The notes under the pieces: model-generated
Told to the model about the DNA's origin: nothing
What the model saw: only the letters and a program-made list of their open reading frames with translations
Database searches by the model: none
Assembly (NCBI RefSeq): GCF_009834535.1
Contig: NC_045697.1
Span: 3,598,001-3,662,000, forward strand
Length of the DNA: 64,000 bases
Direction of reading: 5' to 3'
Source of the DNA: Camelus ferus
Taxonomy: Eukaryota
Shown: piece after piece, positions 24,936 to 36,720 of the stretch
Layout of the letters: every line of letters starts with the position of its first letter
Position numbering within the stretch: position 1 is the stretch's first letter
Translations under genes and position numbers: made by a program

Positions 24936-25569
24936 CTAGAGCTGCCTGGTACAATCAGTTCAGTCACAAAGGAGCTCAGGGCCCAACAGTCAGTGCAGGA
25001 AGTAGGCACTAGGCGGGACTGGGCAGCGGTGGAGAAGCCTTAGCGAGGATAGCATGGAAATGCACCCATTTCACGGGTGAGGAAACTAAGGTCTGAGCAG
25101 AGGCAGCATCCAGTTCTCCCCCCTCCAGCCCCATGACCCCCATGGCCCCCCTGGGGGCCAGGACAAAAAAGCGGGGTCAGAGGTGGCACAGATCCGGGGA
25201 AAAGAAGGGAGGACCCGTCAACAGCGTGGAGAAGAGAGGAAAAAAAGATATCTCGGAAGTGAGACATGAGCCACAGGAGCCAAGCTTTGCCAGCAGGTGA
25301 GGGGAGGTGTGTGAGCCCAGCAAGTCCACACTCAACAGCCCTGCACAACCGGGTGACGGTCTGTGCTCGCTCCCTCCAGTCCAGAGGGCTGCAGTCAAGG
25401 CAAGGAGGTTGTGGACGGGGGTCCAGGCCACCGGTCCCCACCCACCCCACGAGGGCGCAGTGAGCGGTCCTGTGTCAACACACTGCAGTGCTTGTTACAG
25501 CAGCGAGCGCTGGTTGTCCTGACTAGTGCGCGGCAGACGGCAGTGGTCCTACGCACCGCGGGCCCGACA

Positions 25570-25760
25570 TGTGGGCCTGCCATGCCCCACGGCCTGTGTG
25601 TTACAGCCGTTGCTGCACTTGACCTCACAACAGCACGAAACAGTAGAGACTATTACCTCTGTCTTACAGATGGGGAAGCTGAGGCTGGGAGAGGTTCGGG
25701 GGCTCGGGCGAGGCCAGATGGTAAGCGAGGGCCTTCTCTTCCACTGCATCTTTGACTCTG
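25570..25760 (-). mobile_element. MIR SINE
   Basis: ctcacaacagc..actattacctctgtcttacagatggggaagctgaggct. Confidence 0.75.
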
Positions 25761-26990
25761 CTGTCTGGGTGGGATGAGGGACTATATTCAGCATATTAAA
25801 CAAGCACAGAGTAGAAGTCCAGGTTTTAAAGGATGATGAGGTTCAAGGAAAGCTGGCCCTTCCTACTGTCCCCGCACCGATGCAGGCTGAGCAGGGGACC
25901 CCAGGACTGGCCCTGTTTGTGATCTGAAGCAGCCACGGTCACATCCATGCATGTTGGAGTGCCCTGCTACATGCCGAGGGGGATCACAGTGCTGGATCTT
26001 AGTGAAGTTGACCTGCCTCCCTGGGGTCAGCCATCAGGATCCTGCCAGCACGGGGTCACTGGGCTGCCTATAGTCCCCACTTAGGCCCCGAGGCAGAGCC
26101 CTGGGGAGACAAAGGCAGCCCCCCTCCCCACCCCCATGCAGAGCCCTCCCCCAGGCTCCCAGGCATGTCAGGGACCAACTCCAAGGGCTGCTCTTCTGAC
26201 AGAGGAAGGGGACAACTGTCCTTCTCCTCCAGTTGCGGTCAGGCGGCTCCAGGTCACAGTGGCCATGTGGAGGAAATGTGTTAAAGGTCCTTGGCAGGCA
26301 GGAGCCGGGGCAAGGCCCCACAGCATCGCGGGAGCACCGCCCTACCTGGACTTCCATCTCTATTTGGGATGTGCAAAGAGCTGGTGTTTGTTCTCCCCAC
26401 ACCCGCCTTCGGCAGCCCCAGCTTTTATCCTTGAAGTGCTGCTGATAAGAGAGTCTGAAAAATGCTTAATACCAGAGGAAACTCCCTGCAGAGTTATAAC
26501 GAAAAGCTTTACATAAATTGTGATATTTTACTGATGTCCCGGGTCTGGGAGGGCTTTATTAACCGCAGCTCGGTCTTTTTGGTAGCTGCAGCTGATCCAC
26601 GAGGCTGGCTCCAATGAATCAACTCATCAAACGTGGACCTGAGTGCCCACTAGACACAGGCACTGTTCCAGGCACAGGTGGAGGAGGCTTCCTTCCATCA
26701 ACAAGCATTTACCGAGCACTCACTCGGTGGTCGACTCTGAACAACACCAGGGATGAGAGCCAGAGCTGCTCTGCAAGGCACTGAAGACAGATAAGTGACT
26801 GCTCAAAAGATAGCGTGGTAGGCTCGGAGACAGGTGCTCCGGAGGGCTTCCTGGAGGAGGAAATGCCACGCTGAATCCCAAGGAGAAGTAGGCCAAAGAG
26901 GGGAAGGAAGGCACTGCAGGCAGAGAGACAAAGACCTGAAAGGGTGAAACCTCACAGTGAATCCAGAGACTCAGAGAATCAGATTAGATC

Positions 26991-27026
26991 AAACATTAAT
27001 CCTGAAACAAACATTAATCCTGAAAC
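26991..27026. repeat. Perfect 18-bp tandem duplication
   Basis: aaacattaatcctgaaac x2. Confidence 0.95.
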
Positions 27027-27189
27027 ACACAAATCCCCAGAAGTCCTCCCCAAACTACATGGGTGATCCCTGGGTGGGGAATATGGGTGTATCACTCCCA
27101 GGGGATGGATAATGTCTCCCCATTGGTAGCCCCTTGGAGTCTAACCTTAGGGCCAAGCCCAGAGGGCAAAGGACCAATTGACCGATAGT

Positions 27190-27318
27190 CAACACAGAAG
27201 GCCACAACCCAGGACAGCACAGGGCCCCCTGAAAACCCAGAGGGGAGAAGGGAAGGCTTCCTGGAGGAAGGGGCGCCTGGGCTAGGCAGCTGCCACCTCA
27301 GGCAAGAGGGGCTCATGC
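27190..27318 (+). repeat. Copy A of an old ~125-bp direct duplication (partner 28985-29108)
   Basis: Shared collinear blocks caacacagaagg, acccagg.cagcacagg, acccaga, gagaaggga, cttcctgga.gaag, gccac, gcaaga.gggctcatgc. Confidence 0.75.
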
Positions 27319-27327
27319 TCACAACTC

Positions 27328-27661
27328 CGCTATGGACTGAACTGTGCCCCTCACCAAATTCATATGTTGAAGGCCTACCCCAGAGTATAGGAGGTAATTA
27401 AGGTTAAATGAGGTCATTAGGTGGGGCCCTAAACCTATAGGACTGTGTTCTTATAAGAGGAGGAGAGCGGCCTGTCTCCACCGTGCAAGCACACGGGGAG
27501 AGGGCAGCACCTGCAAAGCAGGAAGCCGGCCCTCACCAGCTGCAGAATTCTCCAGCACCTGGATCCTGGACATCCGGTCTCCAGGGCTGTGAGAAATAAC
27601 TGTCTGTCATTTAAGCCCCGGTTGTGGTGTTCAGTCACAGCAGCCTAAGCAGCCTGAGGCA
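27328..27661 (+). mobile_element. MaLR solo LTR, MLT1A/B-like
   Basis: gctatggactgaactgtgcccc..aaattcatatgttgaag ... gtaattaaggttaaatgaggtcat ... ctgtgagaaataa..tttaagcc ... gcagcctaagcagcctgaggca. Confidence 0.9.
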
Positions 27662-28984
27662 GACCCCTCCGCCACCCCCTCTGCCTCTAGCGGCCTCCAA
27701 ACAAAAGCAGTCTCGCAAGCGAGGGGGGACATCGAGGCCAGCGTCCCCACCGCGGGCACCTGCTCACGGGCCCCAGCTCGCGTCGGAAGGTTCATGTTCT
27801 CACGGTCCAGTTGGCCTTTTCCTTCAGGTGCTCATCTGAGAACATGGGTGACGATTCTGGCTAATTCACTGAGCTTTTCCGCAGATTAACTCGTTAATTA
27901 ATATACTGCGCTTTTGAATTTTTATGCGGTGCATCAGAGCCCCAGGGACGGCTGTCTGAAATCATCAGATGCAGCTGAATGGCAGGAATTGGTTTTCATA
28001 AAGGCCCCCTGCCTTCCTGAGCCGGATTAGTGCGCCAACAACCCAGCCTCCTCCCCCAGCACGTCCAGAGCAGCTGAACAAAGCCGTCAGAAAAGGCTCT
28101 GGAGGGGATCTGATTGGGCTTTTAATGGACAGTTTAATGCTTTCCTCTAAACAAGACACCATTTTTCAACTAGCAGAAGAAGCGGCCATACCTTCAAAGC
28201 AAAAACTACCTTAAATAAACCTACTGTGTCCTCCCCTTTTATCCCCTAAGACAGGAAACCCACCTCCACCTGCAACACCAATCGACAGCCTGAATTCCTA
28301 AGAAGCTATTTTTTTCTCTCAGTCAAGTGTCAAATTAAAGACAGTCAATACGAGTATTGTAGCATCTTCCTTTTAAAAAAAAAAAAAAAAAAGACAAATT
28401 GTCTACTGGATGAACTCTAAACCTGTAAACTGAGCCTTTCTCTCCAGAGGCCGGCGGGGAGCAGCCGGCACCAGCCCGGGTGTCCTGCCCCCGTGGACGC
28501 TCTGCATGCTCCCTGGGGCTCGGACACCAGCCTTCCCACAGCAGCAGAGAAACCAGGAGGGAAAGGGCTCGGGTCTTCACACCCGAACAAGGGCAAGGTG
28601 CCTCCCAGCCCCCGATGCCTGCACAGCGGCCTCCAGCTGGGAACTGCCTTCCATTCCTGATTCCCCTCTTCTGAGTGAGACTACCAGCCTGAGGCCCATC
28701 AAGGAGGCCCCCAGGAGAAGTGTCAGGAAGAGTGGGGGTCCCGCTGCCCAGAGCCTCAGAGCTGCTGGGGTGCCCCACCTGCCCGGGTGCCCAGTCAGCC
28801 ACTGAGACCCGCCGGCCTGCCAGGGCTTTGCGTCCAGAGCCTGGGTCCTTGTTCCTTCTCTTCTGGAATGGCTCCCTTCTTCCAGGTGGTCAGTCACCAA
28901 GGAGACTCTGCACCTGTGCCGGACAAGGCATGAGACTTCCGAGGGGACCCCAATCCCTGCCCTCAGGGAGTGTGCAGATCCGGG

Positions 28985-29108
28985 CAACACAGAAGGTTGG
29001 GACCCAGGGCAGCACAGGCAGATCGAGACCCAGAAGAGAAGGGAGGACTTCCTGGAAGAAGCAGCCCCCAGGGGGGCCGCAGCCACTGCAAGCAAGAAGG
29101 GCTCATGC
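28985..29108 (+). repeat. Copy B of an old ~125-bp direct duplication (partner 27190-27318)
   Basis: See copy A. Roughly three-quarters identical by eye, with small gaps. Confidence 0.75.
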
Positions 29109-30046
29109 CAAGGCCTCCTGAGTCCTCTCCGCCCCCACTGACCAGTCCCTCCTCAGTCAGGCCCATTTCAGCGCCAAGTTTGCCTTCACGTACCTTGTTC
29201 AGAACACTCTCGTCTCACCACCCTCCATGGCTGGCGACACCTGACACACCCAGTCTCGGCAGTCTGGGATCCAGACCCCGCCCAGTCTGCCCCAGGTAGC
29301 ATCTGCCCTGCCCAGGCCCACGCACGCTGGTCAGCGAGGCCCACAAACATCCTGAGACCTGAGTTCCAGGTCCCACCTACCATGGAGAGGGAACAGGAGG
29401 AGAGACAGGAGATGGCTAGACAGGGCAGCTGGCCCTCAGCAGGGCACAAAGCAGGGCACCAGCTCGTGGTGACAGTTAATGGTCGAGCCGGTCCCAGTGC
29501 CAGGACCCCCGGGACTAGATCACGGGAACACGGCCTGAGTCACCCAGGCTCCCCAATCTGGGCTGCACCGCACATCTGAGAAACTGACCACCTCTGCAGG
29601 AAAATCTCCAATTTGCTCTCACCTTGGCTTTAATAGCCAAGGGCCCACGTGCTCCCGGCCCTCCTGGGACTCCAAAGCCTGAGCCAGACCAAAGGAAAAA
29701 GGGATTTGACTCAGGGGGAAAATATTCTGGAAAGCTGGCAGTCTCATCTCCCCAAGAGGAGGGAAGGATTGAGCCCCCAGGTGAATGCCCCCCCATCCCT
29801 GCTCAAGCACAGCCCCCACCCTAACCCCTCCTGGTCTCAGCCACTTCCCACACCATCCCCCTCCCCTTGGCCAGCTGTCAGGTCTTGCAGGACTGGCTGC
29901 AAAACACACAGAAAGCCTGGGAAGGCAGGCAGCCATGTCTCTGGGGAGGGAAGCTGCTCTGGACAGAAAATTCAAATCAATCCCCCCATGATGGCCAGGT
30001 ACTTGCAGGGCAGAGCTCCTGCAGGGTGTGTGAGACAGTGAGCAGG

Positions 30047-30228
30047 TGCAGTGGCCTGAATGGGTATGCCCACCCCCACCGTCAAAGACATATCCATGCC
30101 CCAATACCCAGACCCTGTGATGGGACCTGGTTTGGACAAAGGGTCTTCGCAGATGTTAAGCTGTTAGTGAAGGATCTTGAGACCATCCTGGATTATCCAG
30201 GTGGGCCCTAAAGCCAGTGACAAGTGTC
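30047..30228 (+). mobile_element. MaLR LTR 5' half, MLT1C/D-like
   Basis: tttggacaaagggtcttcgcagatg..aaggatcttgagaccatcctggattatccaggtgggccctaaa..tgacaagtgtc. Confidence 0.8.
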
Positions 30229-30919
30229 ATTGGGGGGCACCATCCTGCCCCCTTCTTGCAGCTGTTCACAGGCTTCCCAGGCAGAACTACGCTAGGCAAC
30301 TGCTTAACTTCGAGGTGGCTCACACTTCCCCCCATGGGCCTCCCCAGCTTCAACCACAAAACCCCCATCTCTGGTGGTGGGGGCCCCATCAAGGCTGCCT
30401 GAGAAGAATCCTACCAAATCAGGTCCCTGGAGGCCAAAGGATGAGGCCCCACAGCAGAAAGGATCCCTCACTTCCTTGGTCCAAGTCCTTCCACGGCTCC
30501 CCAGTCCTGGCAGAAGGAGCCAAAGCTGGCCTTTAAGGCTCCGGACATTCCAGCCCACCCACCTCTCCCACCTCCCTTTGTCCTGACTCCTCACCCTGGA
30601 TGCTCTAGCCAGACTGAGCTCCTCCCAGCTCCTGAGCAGGCCCGATCTACATTTGGCAGAAACTGTAGGAGAGAAAGAGAGGCATAAGTCACCCTGAACC
30701 GCTGTCAACCCCCAGGGGCCGGCAGAGCAAAGAGGGAAGGAGGCCACACCGCAGCACTGCAGGCAGTGGCCCGAGAGGAATGACCCTAGAGTAGGCAGGC
30801 CTTCCCTAGAAGGGGCGCCCGAGAGACAGGGACTCCCTGCGCTGGGAGTGGGGAAACTCAGGTCATCATTCCAGGCTCCCACCGCCACCCTGAGCCTGTG
30901 TGGCACGACTTCAAAGTGC

Positions 30920-30980
30920 CGTCCATCCGTCCACCCACCCATCCGTCCATCCATCTGTCCTTCCATCCATTCATCCCTCA
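30920..30980. repeat. Degenerate (TCCA)n repeat
   Basis: gtccatccgtccacccacccatccgtccatccatctgtccttccatccattcatcc. Confidence 0.85.
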
Positions 30981-31011
30981 TGCTCCCTGCTCACTGATTC
31001 ATCATGGAGCC

Positions 31012-31332
31012 CCTGACGGTCTGAATGTTTGTGTCCACCCCCTCCCCCGCCCATTCACGTGCTGAAATCTAACCCTCGGCGTGACGGTGCTAAGAGGTGG
31101 GGTCTCTGAGAGCAATCAGGTCCTGTGGAAGCAGCCCTCACAAACGGGACTAGTGTCCCTGCAAGAGGAGGCCAGATGGCTAGTTCGCCCCTTCTTCACC
31201 ACGTGAGCATACCAGGAGAAGGCAGCTGTCTGCACCCAGAAGAGGACTCTCAGCAGAACAGGACCGTGCTGGAGCCACGCTGTTGGACTTGCAGCCTCCA
31301 GGACTGTGAGCTCGTTCATTTTGGCTGTTAAG
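31012..31332 (+). mobile_element. MaLR LTR, MLT1A-like, truncated at its 3' end
   Basis: ggtctgaatgtttgtgtcc..attcacgtgctgaaatctaaccc ... gagaaggcagctgtctgcacccagaaga ... ttggacttgcagcctccaggactgtgag. It stops at ttaag and lacks the terminal ccacccagt...aca. Confidence 0.8.
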
Positions 31333-31372
31333 GATCCTTTGCATTGATTTCTGGCCAGAAAAGAAATAAGAA
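31329..31372 (+). repeat. 44-bp direct repeat, copy 1 (partner 32946-32989)
   Basis: taaggatcctttgcattgatttctggccagaaaag(a/g)aataagaa, 43/44 identical. Confidence 0.95.
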
Positions 31373-31694
31373 GGAACCTCTACTGTCACATTTTGTCCTG
31401 TAGCCTAAAGGGATAAAGACAGTGCCTTCCCTTCACTCGCCCAGCAGACTCCACTCACTCACTCAACACACAGACATGAACCAGCGCCAGGCATGTCCCC
31501 ACCGCCCCTTGCAGCTGACGCTGTGCTCTGCTCCCAGTTACAGCAAGCCCAAGGAAGGGCCGTGTCCTCTGCCGTCTCCTCCTCCTCACTCCGCTCTCTC
31601 CCGACCCTCTCCGTCGGGCACTAGTACTCACACTTCTTACAGCCCGCAGCGCCCCACCTCATCCTAGACGACTACTTACTCATGATCCATCCCC

Positions 31695-31885
31695 CCCACT
31701 AGAACACAAAGCCCAAGGAGGCAGGGACCTTGTCTGGTTCATCATGGTGTCCTAGAAAGGTGCCTGGTGCACGGTGGATACTCCACTTACTGAGCAAATG
31801 AGTGAGTGATGAATGAGTGAATAAATGAATGAATGAGTGAGTGAGTGAAGAAATGAATAAGGAATGCACGAGTCAGTGAATGAGC
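31695..31885 (+). mobile_element. L2 3' terminus with expanded (TGAA/TGAG)n tail
   Basis: ccactagaac..ggaggcagggaccttgtctgg..cctagaaaggtgcctgg followed by tgagtgagtgatgaatgagtgaat. Confidence 0.8.
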
Positions 31886-32945
31886 TCTCATTCTGACTTT
31901 CCATCGCAGACGCTCAAACCCTGCTCCCCGTGGCCGCACAGGGACAATCACACTTCGCGGGCGTGTCTGCTGACGGAGGCCCCGCCTGCCAGTGTACCCA
32001 GCGGCTAGGAGCAGCAGCCTCAGCACGGACCCACCAGCGGGTGATCCCAGCTCCACCCGCTGCTGCTGGGTGAGCCTGGCAGTGAGATTACTTCACCTCT
32101 CTCCGCCTCAGTTTCCTCATCTGTATCCTGGGGGCCAAAACACCTCCAATCTGGGGGCCTAAAGCCCTGATGTGACCAGCACCCCCCACAGACCAGCACC
32201 ACTGCCCTTAACCTCCAGCTCTCTCCACAGAATTAACTAGTGGAGGAGCTAAATAGAGATGCTGAGATCCCTGGCCGCGTGGATGCTCCCTGTGATTTAC
32301 AGCCACATCCTCATTAGGTCAAAACAGCATATGGCACCATACAGTCCAATGATAAAAACTGAGCTAACTTACACCTTGTGATCCCAAGTTCTTTGCATTC
32401 AGAATGAACAGGGCATAGGACCTTATGCATTCAAACCTTGATGTTTGTCCCCAGATGTTGTTGCATATTCTACCTTTTAAAGGAGCACGGGGGGACACTC
32501 TGTTTCAGAAACATACCCAGGGTTCTGGCAAAGCTCTAAGCCCTCCAGAAAGGGCTTGAATCATCGTTGTAGGTTGACGTTTAATCATTCACTGGGAGGC
32601 AGAGCCCCCAGGCCAGACACAGCTGCGGCAGCAACCCACAGCGATGACGCCGCCCTGTCAGCGGCATCTGCCTCCATCTCTGGGCCATCAGGCTGGGCCT
32701 GGGCGCGGTGCCAGGAGGGCGGCCCAGGGGCTGAGTGACATGGGAAGGACCAAGCAGTGAAAACAGACGCCGTGATGAAAGCGCGTGCAGAGCAAGGGTG
32801 GGGCCAGATCGGGTTCCTTTCCTGACTGGCCCCCCGGGCAAAGCAGCCACCCCAGGCCCCAGCAGACAAGGTCCTGTTGGCAGTGGAATGTGTTTGTGAG
32901 GCCTGGAGTAGCCGCAGCCTCTGAGTCACAACGAGTCCTCGAAGA

Positions 32946-32989
32946 TAAGGATCCTTTGCATTGATTTCTGGCCAGAAAAGGAATAAGAA
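32946..32989 (+). repeat. 44-bp direct repeat, copy 2 (probable donor)
   Basis: 43/44 identical to 31329-31372 and embedded in unique sequence. Confidence 0.95.
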
Positions 32990-35900
32990 AGGATCCAATC
33001 CCCCGCCCCCACCAGCCGACAGCTCTGAACCTCGGAGGCCACTGCCACGATTCTCACCAGAAGGGAGGGGACAAGAGGTGAGAGAAAGGAGGAACCGACA
33101 CAATCGTTCCCCATAGAATAACCCAACAGGGAACTGCCAGGCTGCATCCCCACAGTCTGGCCGTGCCACCCACGCAAATGGCTCGATGAGCCTCAGAAAT
33201 TCTCCAGGTTTGCAAGAATCAGTTGGCATAAAGTGAGCATGCCCAACATGGGTCTGTGGGAAAGGGAGGATGGAAAGTTCTAGAATCAGAGCAAGACACC
33301 AGACGCACAGACAGCCCGGAGGCCAGAGGGACTCCAGAGAAAGCCCATGTGCTCCGGGGCTGGGGGAAGGAGGACAGGGGCAGGAGAGAGGGACACAGGC
33401 CTCCAGCGAGCAGCCGCTGATTCAGACCTTCAGGAGTTAAATGACGCCCAAAGCCCAAACAGGGGGCTACAAAGGAATCAGAGGTTTGCAAACGTGTCAG
33501 CACGCGGCTGACAAGCAGAGACAGGCGCAGTGGTGCACCCGCAAGATAATGATTTCCCGCCGAAACAGCAGTCCCATCTCAAGAGCAGGGCGCGGGCTGT
33601 CACCAGAGCGACCCCCACACACCAACTCCATCAGCGAGACTGACAAGTAAAAATAGTTTTGTGCAGCGTGCAGAACGCGCAGGGCCTCCGACTGTCCTCT
33701 GCTGGGTGGTACCACGTGCCCCCCTTCCCAGGGGCTGTGTCTCCGGAACGCGGAGACACTGTGGAAGGGGTGCATTTCCGTGAGGGATGTGGCAGGGCTG
33801 TCCTGTTTTCAGGAGACTAATTACGCTCTCGCACCGGGCTCCCTGGGAGATGGGAGGAAAGGCCGCAATTATTTAGTCACAGGTTAATCCATTTGTGTAG
33901 CTCTCGGCGGAGGCCTGCTGCGTGTCTGCCGGTGACACTTTGTGAGCACTTCCTGGGCCGAGTGCCGTACCCGTGTTACATCCTTCATGTCTCATGGCAG
34001 CGGTACGCGGTCAGTACTGGTCATCTCAGCACTTTACAGAAGGGGAGGTTAAGTGACTTAATCAAGTTGGACTGGATCCCAGCACACGTCCTCCTAACAC
34101 ACTCCAGTATGCTTCTACCTTTCAAATTGCCATGTTGAACCAGATCCAAGTGTCCCACCAAGCACTGGCCCTCCCAGAATTACAAGCAGTGTTTCCTCCC
34201 ATTTCGGACAAAAGAGACACAGTGAGTGAAAGAGGAAGGTGTCGTCCTGCCTTAAGAAGTAAAAGAGAGGGACCCCTAAATGCCCATCCCGCCGCAGCTT
34301 AAGTAAGAATAAAGATGCTTTTCATATAAAGTCTGGAAATGTCAACCCCAGTTCCAAAACCCAAGAACTTTCCAAAGGGTAACTTTGGTCCAGCACCTTT
34401 ATCTTCACCTCCTGAGAACGCAGCTGCCTTTAAAGATGTTTCAGCACCTGAGACCCTAAAGGGGCACAGAAATAAGAGGGTGGCCTTGGGCACGGAGTGT
34501 CTATTGTTTCGTGGGTGGCGAGATGAAACTGCAGTGGGGGTGCGGCCGGACATGCCGTCTGCTCTCTGCCCAAGTTCTGACTTCTTCGTCCTTGGGGAAG
34601 ATGCACGACACCACCCAAACAGGAGGAGAGAGGGCTGAATTCCAGATAACTTCCGAGGACCACAAGTGCTCCAAAGTCCGCAGCCGACAGACACCCATTT
34701 GACCTGAGTCCAGCCAATTTTCAGAAGCAAAAGTTTGAGGTTTGAAGGTCAAGGGCACCTGGGAGTGCAGGTCTAACGACAGTGGTCTCCTGAGCAATGA
34801 TCACACATTTGAGCTGAAAGTTGCAAAAAGGCAACACAGCAGACTAACTGGGGGTGTGGGGGAGGGATCCAGAAGCAGACTTTCCTAAACCAAATTTTAT
34901 TTTGAGTTTGTCCTTCTAACTATAAATACAAACGTCACTCACAACAGGTTTCTGAGTACATAAAATGCTCCCCTCATCCGTTTCTCCTAATGCAGCAGAC
35001 CCGTATCCATGCACACGGGCTCCCTCAGCATTTGTCCCACACTCCTTCTGGCGCGTCTCCCTGCGGTGAGGGCTGGACAGCCAGCACCTGCATCTCCTGC
35101 GCTGCACGGAGTGGAAGGCCTTCATTGCCCCTTGACAATGTAGAGGAAGGTGACTTTAAACTCGCTCTCTTGCTTTCTGGCAGAGCCACCCCAGAGAACT
35201 GGGTTTGGGAATTAAGCCACCAAGCTGCATTTTGAGCCATTAGAGATATGACTGAAACTGAAGGAAACTGGCCATTGCATTTTCCACAAGGATACAGGAT
35301 CACCCCAGTGGCCACTGGTTTCACCGTTCAGTTCAGGAAAGCACTCCTGAGCAATGGGTTCACTTGCATCTGCTCAGCTTTCCCTCTTTACTCTAGCTGC
35401 TGGGAAGCTCAGAGTCAGATCTGTGACCCATCTTTAGCAATACAGCAAGTATTTTATGTGCTGAGCCTGTCCCTAGGTCCAGCTTTTTTCCCCCTTTTTC
35501 CCTTGCTTATTTTATTTTTATGTTGCTTTCACCTCTTCTTGCAAAAAAAAAAAAGAGGGTGCATTAGCAAACAAAAACATTTAAAATACATTTCCAGAAC
35601 TCCCTTGCAGCTGGGGTCACAGCTGGAATGTCACTTCTAGGAAACACTTCAGCAAAACTTAAGTGAGGGGCTGAGTTAGGTGGGCAGGGAGGTGGGTGGT
35701 GGCCCGCAAGGGTGGCTTCCTGACTATGGACCAGCAGCTGGTTTTCTAGAAGCTTAATCTTGGAGATCCAAGCTTTGGCTTGCTCTGCAAGACTTTCCAA
35801 GGATTTTGAAAGCAGGTAATCCTCATGTTAGATCTCCTTTCACATAGCCAGATAGAAGGGGCTCCTTTCTCTGTAACCGCATCCCGACTGATCCATTTTG

Positions 35901-36569
35901 TGCAAAAAGAGGGAGCTTTTGGTGGCGGCAAAGGCAGAGCACAATGCCAGGCTGCTTCTCTGGGCTCTAACGTCCCATCCCTGAAGGGGAGAGCTGCCCC
36001 AGGGATGTGAAAGCCGGCCCACATGGCAGAGACTCTCAATAACCCTGTTGAAGGAGGAGAGGGAAGGAAGTCCCTGGATTTGTGAGACAAACGTACTCTG
36101 GACCCTCTAGCATCACAGACCTGGCACCTTGCCCTGTTTCAAACATTATCCCCCAGACAGACTAGACCCGTGAAAAGGGAGGGCTAAGTGGTCCCTGGGT
36201 GGCTGGGCCTCTCGGAAACCGACTTCCTCGTGGACAGCTCGCTTAGGGCATCACAAATGATCCTGGCCTCTCTCCCTCTCTCTCTTTAAAAATAGATGCA
36301 AAGCCAGCGTGATGCCTGAGAAGTTCACGATTATGAAGACCTCGTCATGGTCAGGGAATTAATTCCAACTAGATAAATGCCAGTACTCGCAAAGCACTTA
36401 GACGTCAGGTTGCTCAGGGGAGGAAGGGCTGCAGACGGGTGGACCGCTCACTGTCTGCGGGCTGCAGCTCCCGCCGCGCCCAGGGTGCAGCAGGCAGCTG
36501 CGGAGGAAGGAAGGGGAGGTGTGCCCAGGAGAGCCCGGCCCCGGAGCGCCTGGTGGGGAGCCTGGCTCT

Positions 36570-36720
36570 TCCGCTCCTGCACAACCTTCAGAAGGTCTCT
36601 GAGCCTCACTAGCCTCCGTTTCCTCACCTGTCGCGCAGGCATGACGGGGCCTCCTCCCAAGGGTGAGGGACGAATGAGCCACCTCGAGGTGTGCACAGCG
36701 GCACCCAGTATCTAGGTGCT
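36570..36720 (+). mobile_element. MIR SINE
   Basis: gcctccgtttcctcacctgtcgcgcaggcatgacgggg..gggtgaggga. Confidence 0.65.
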
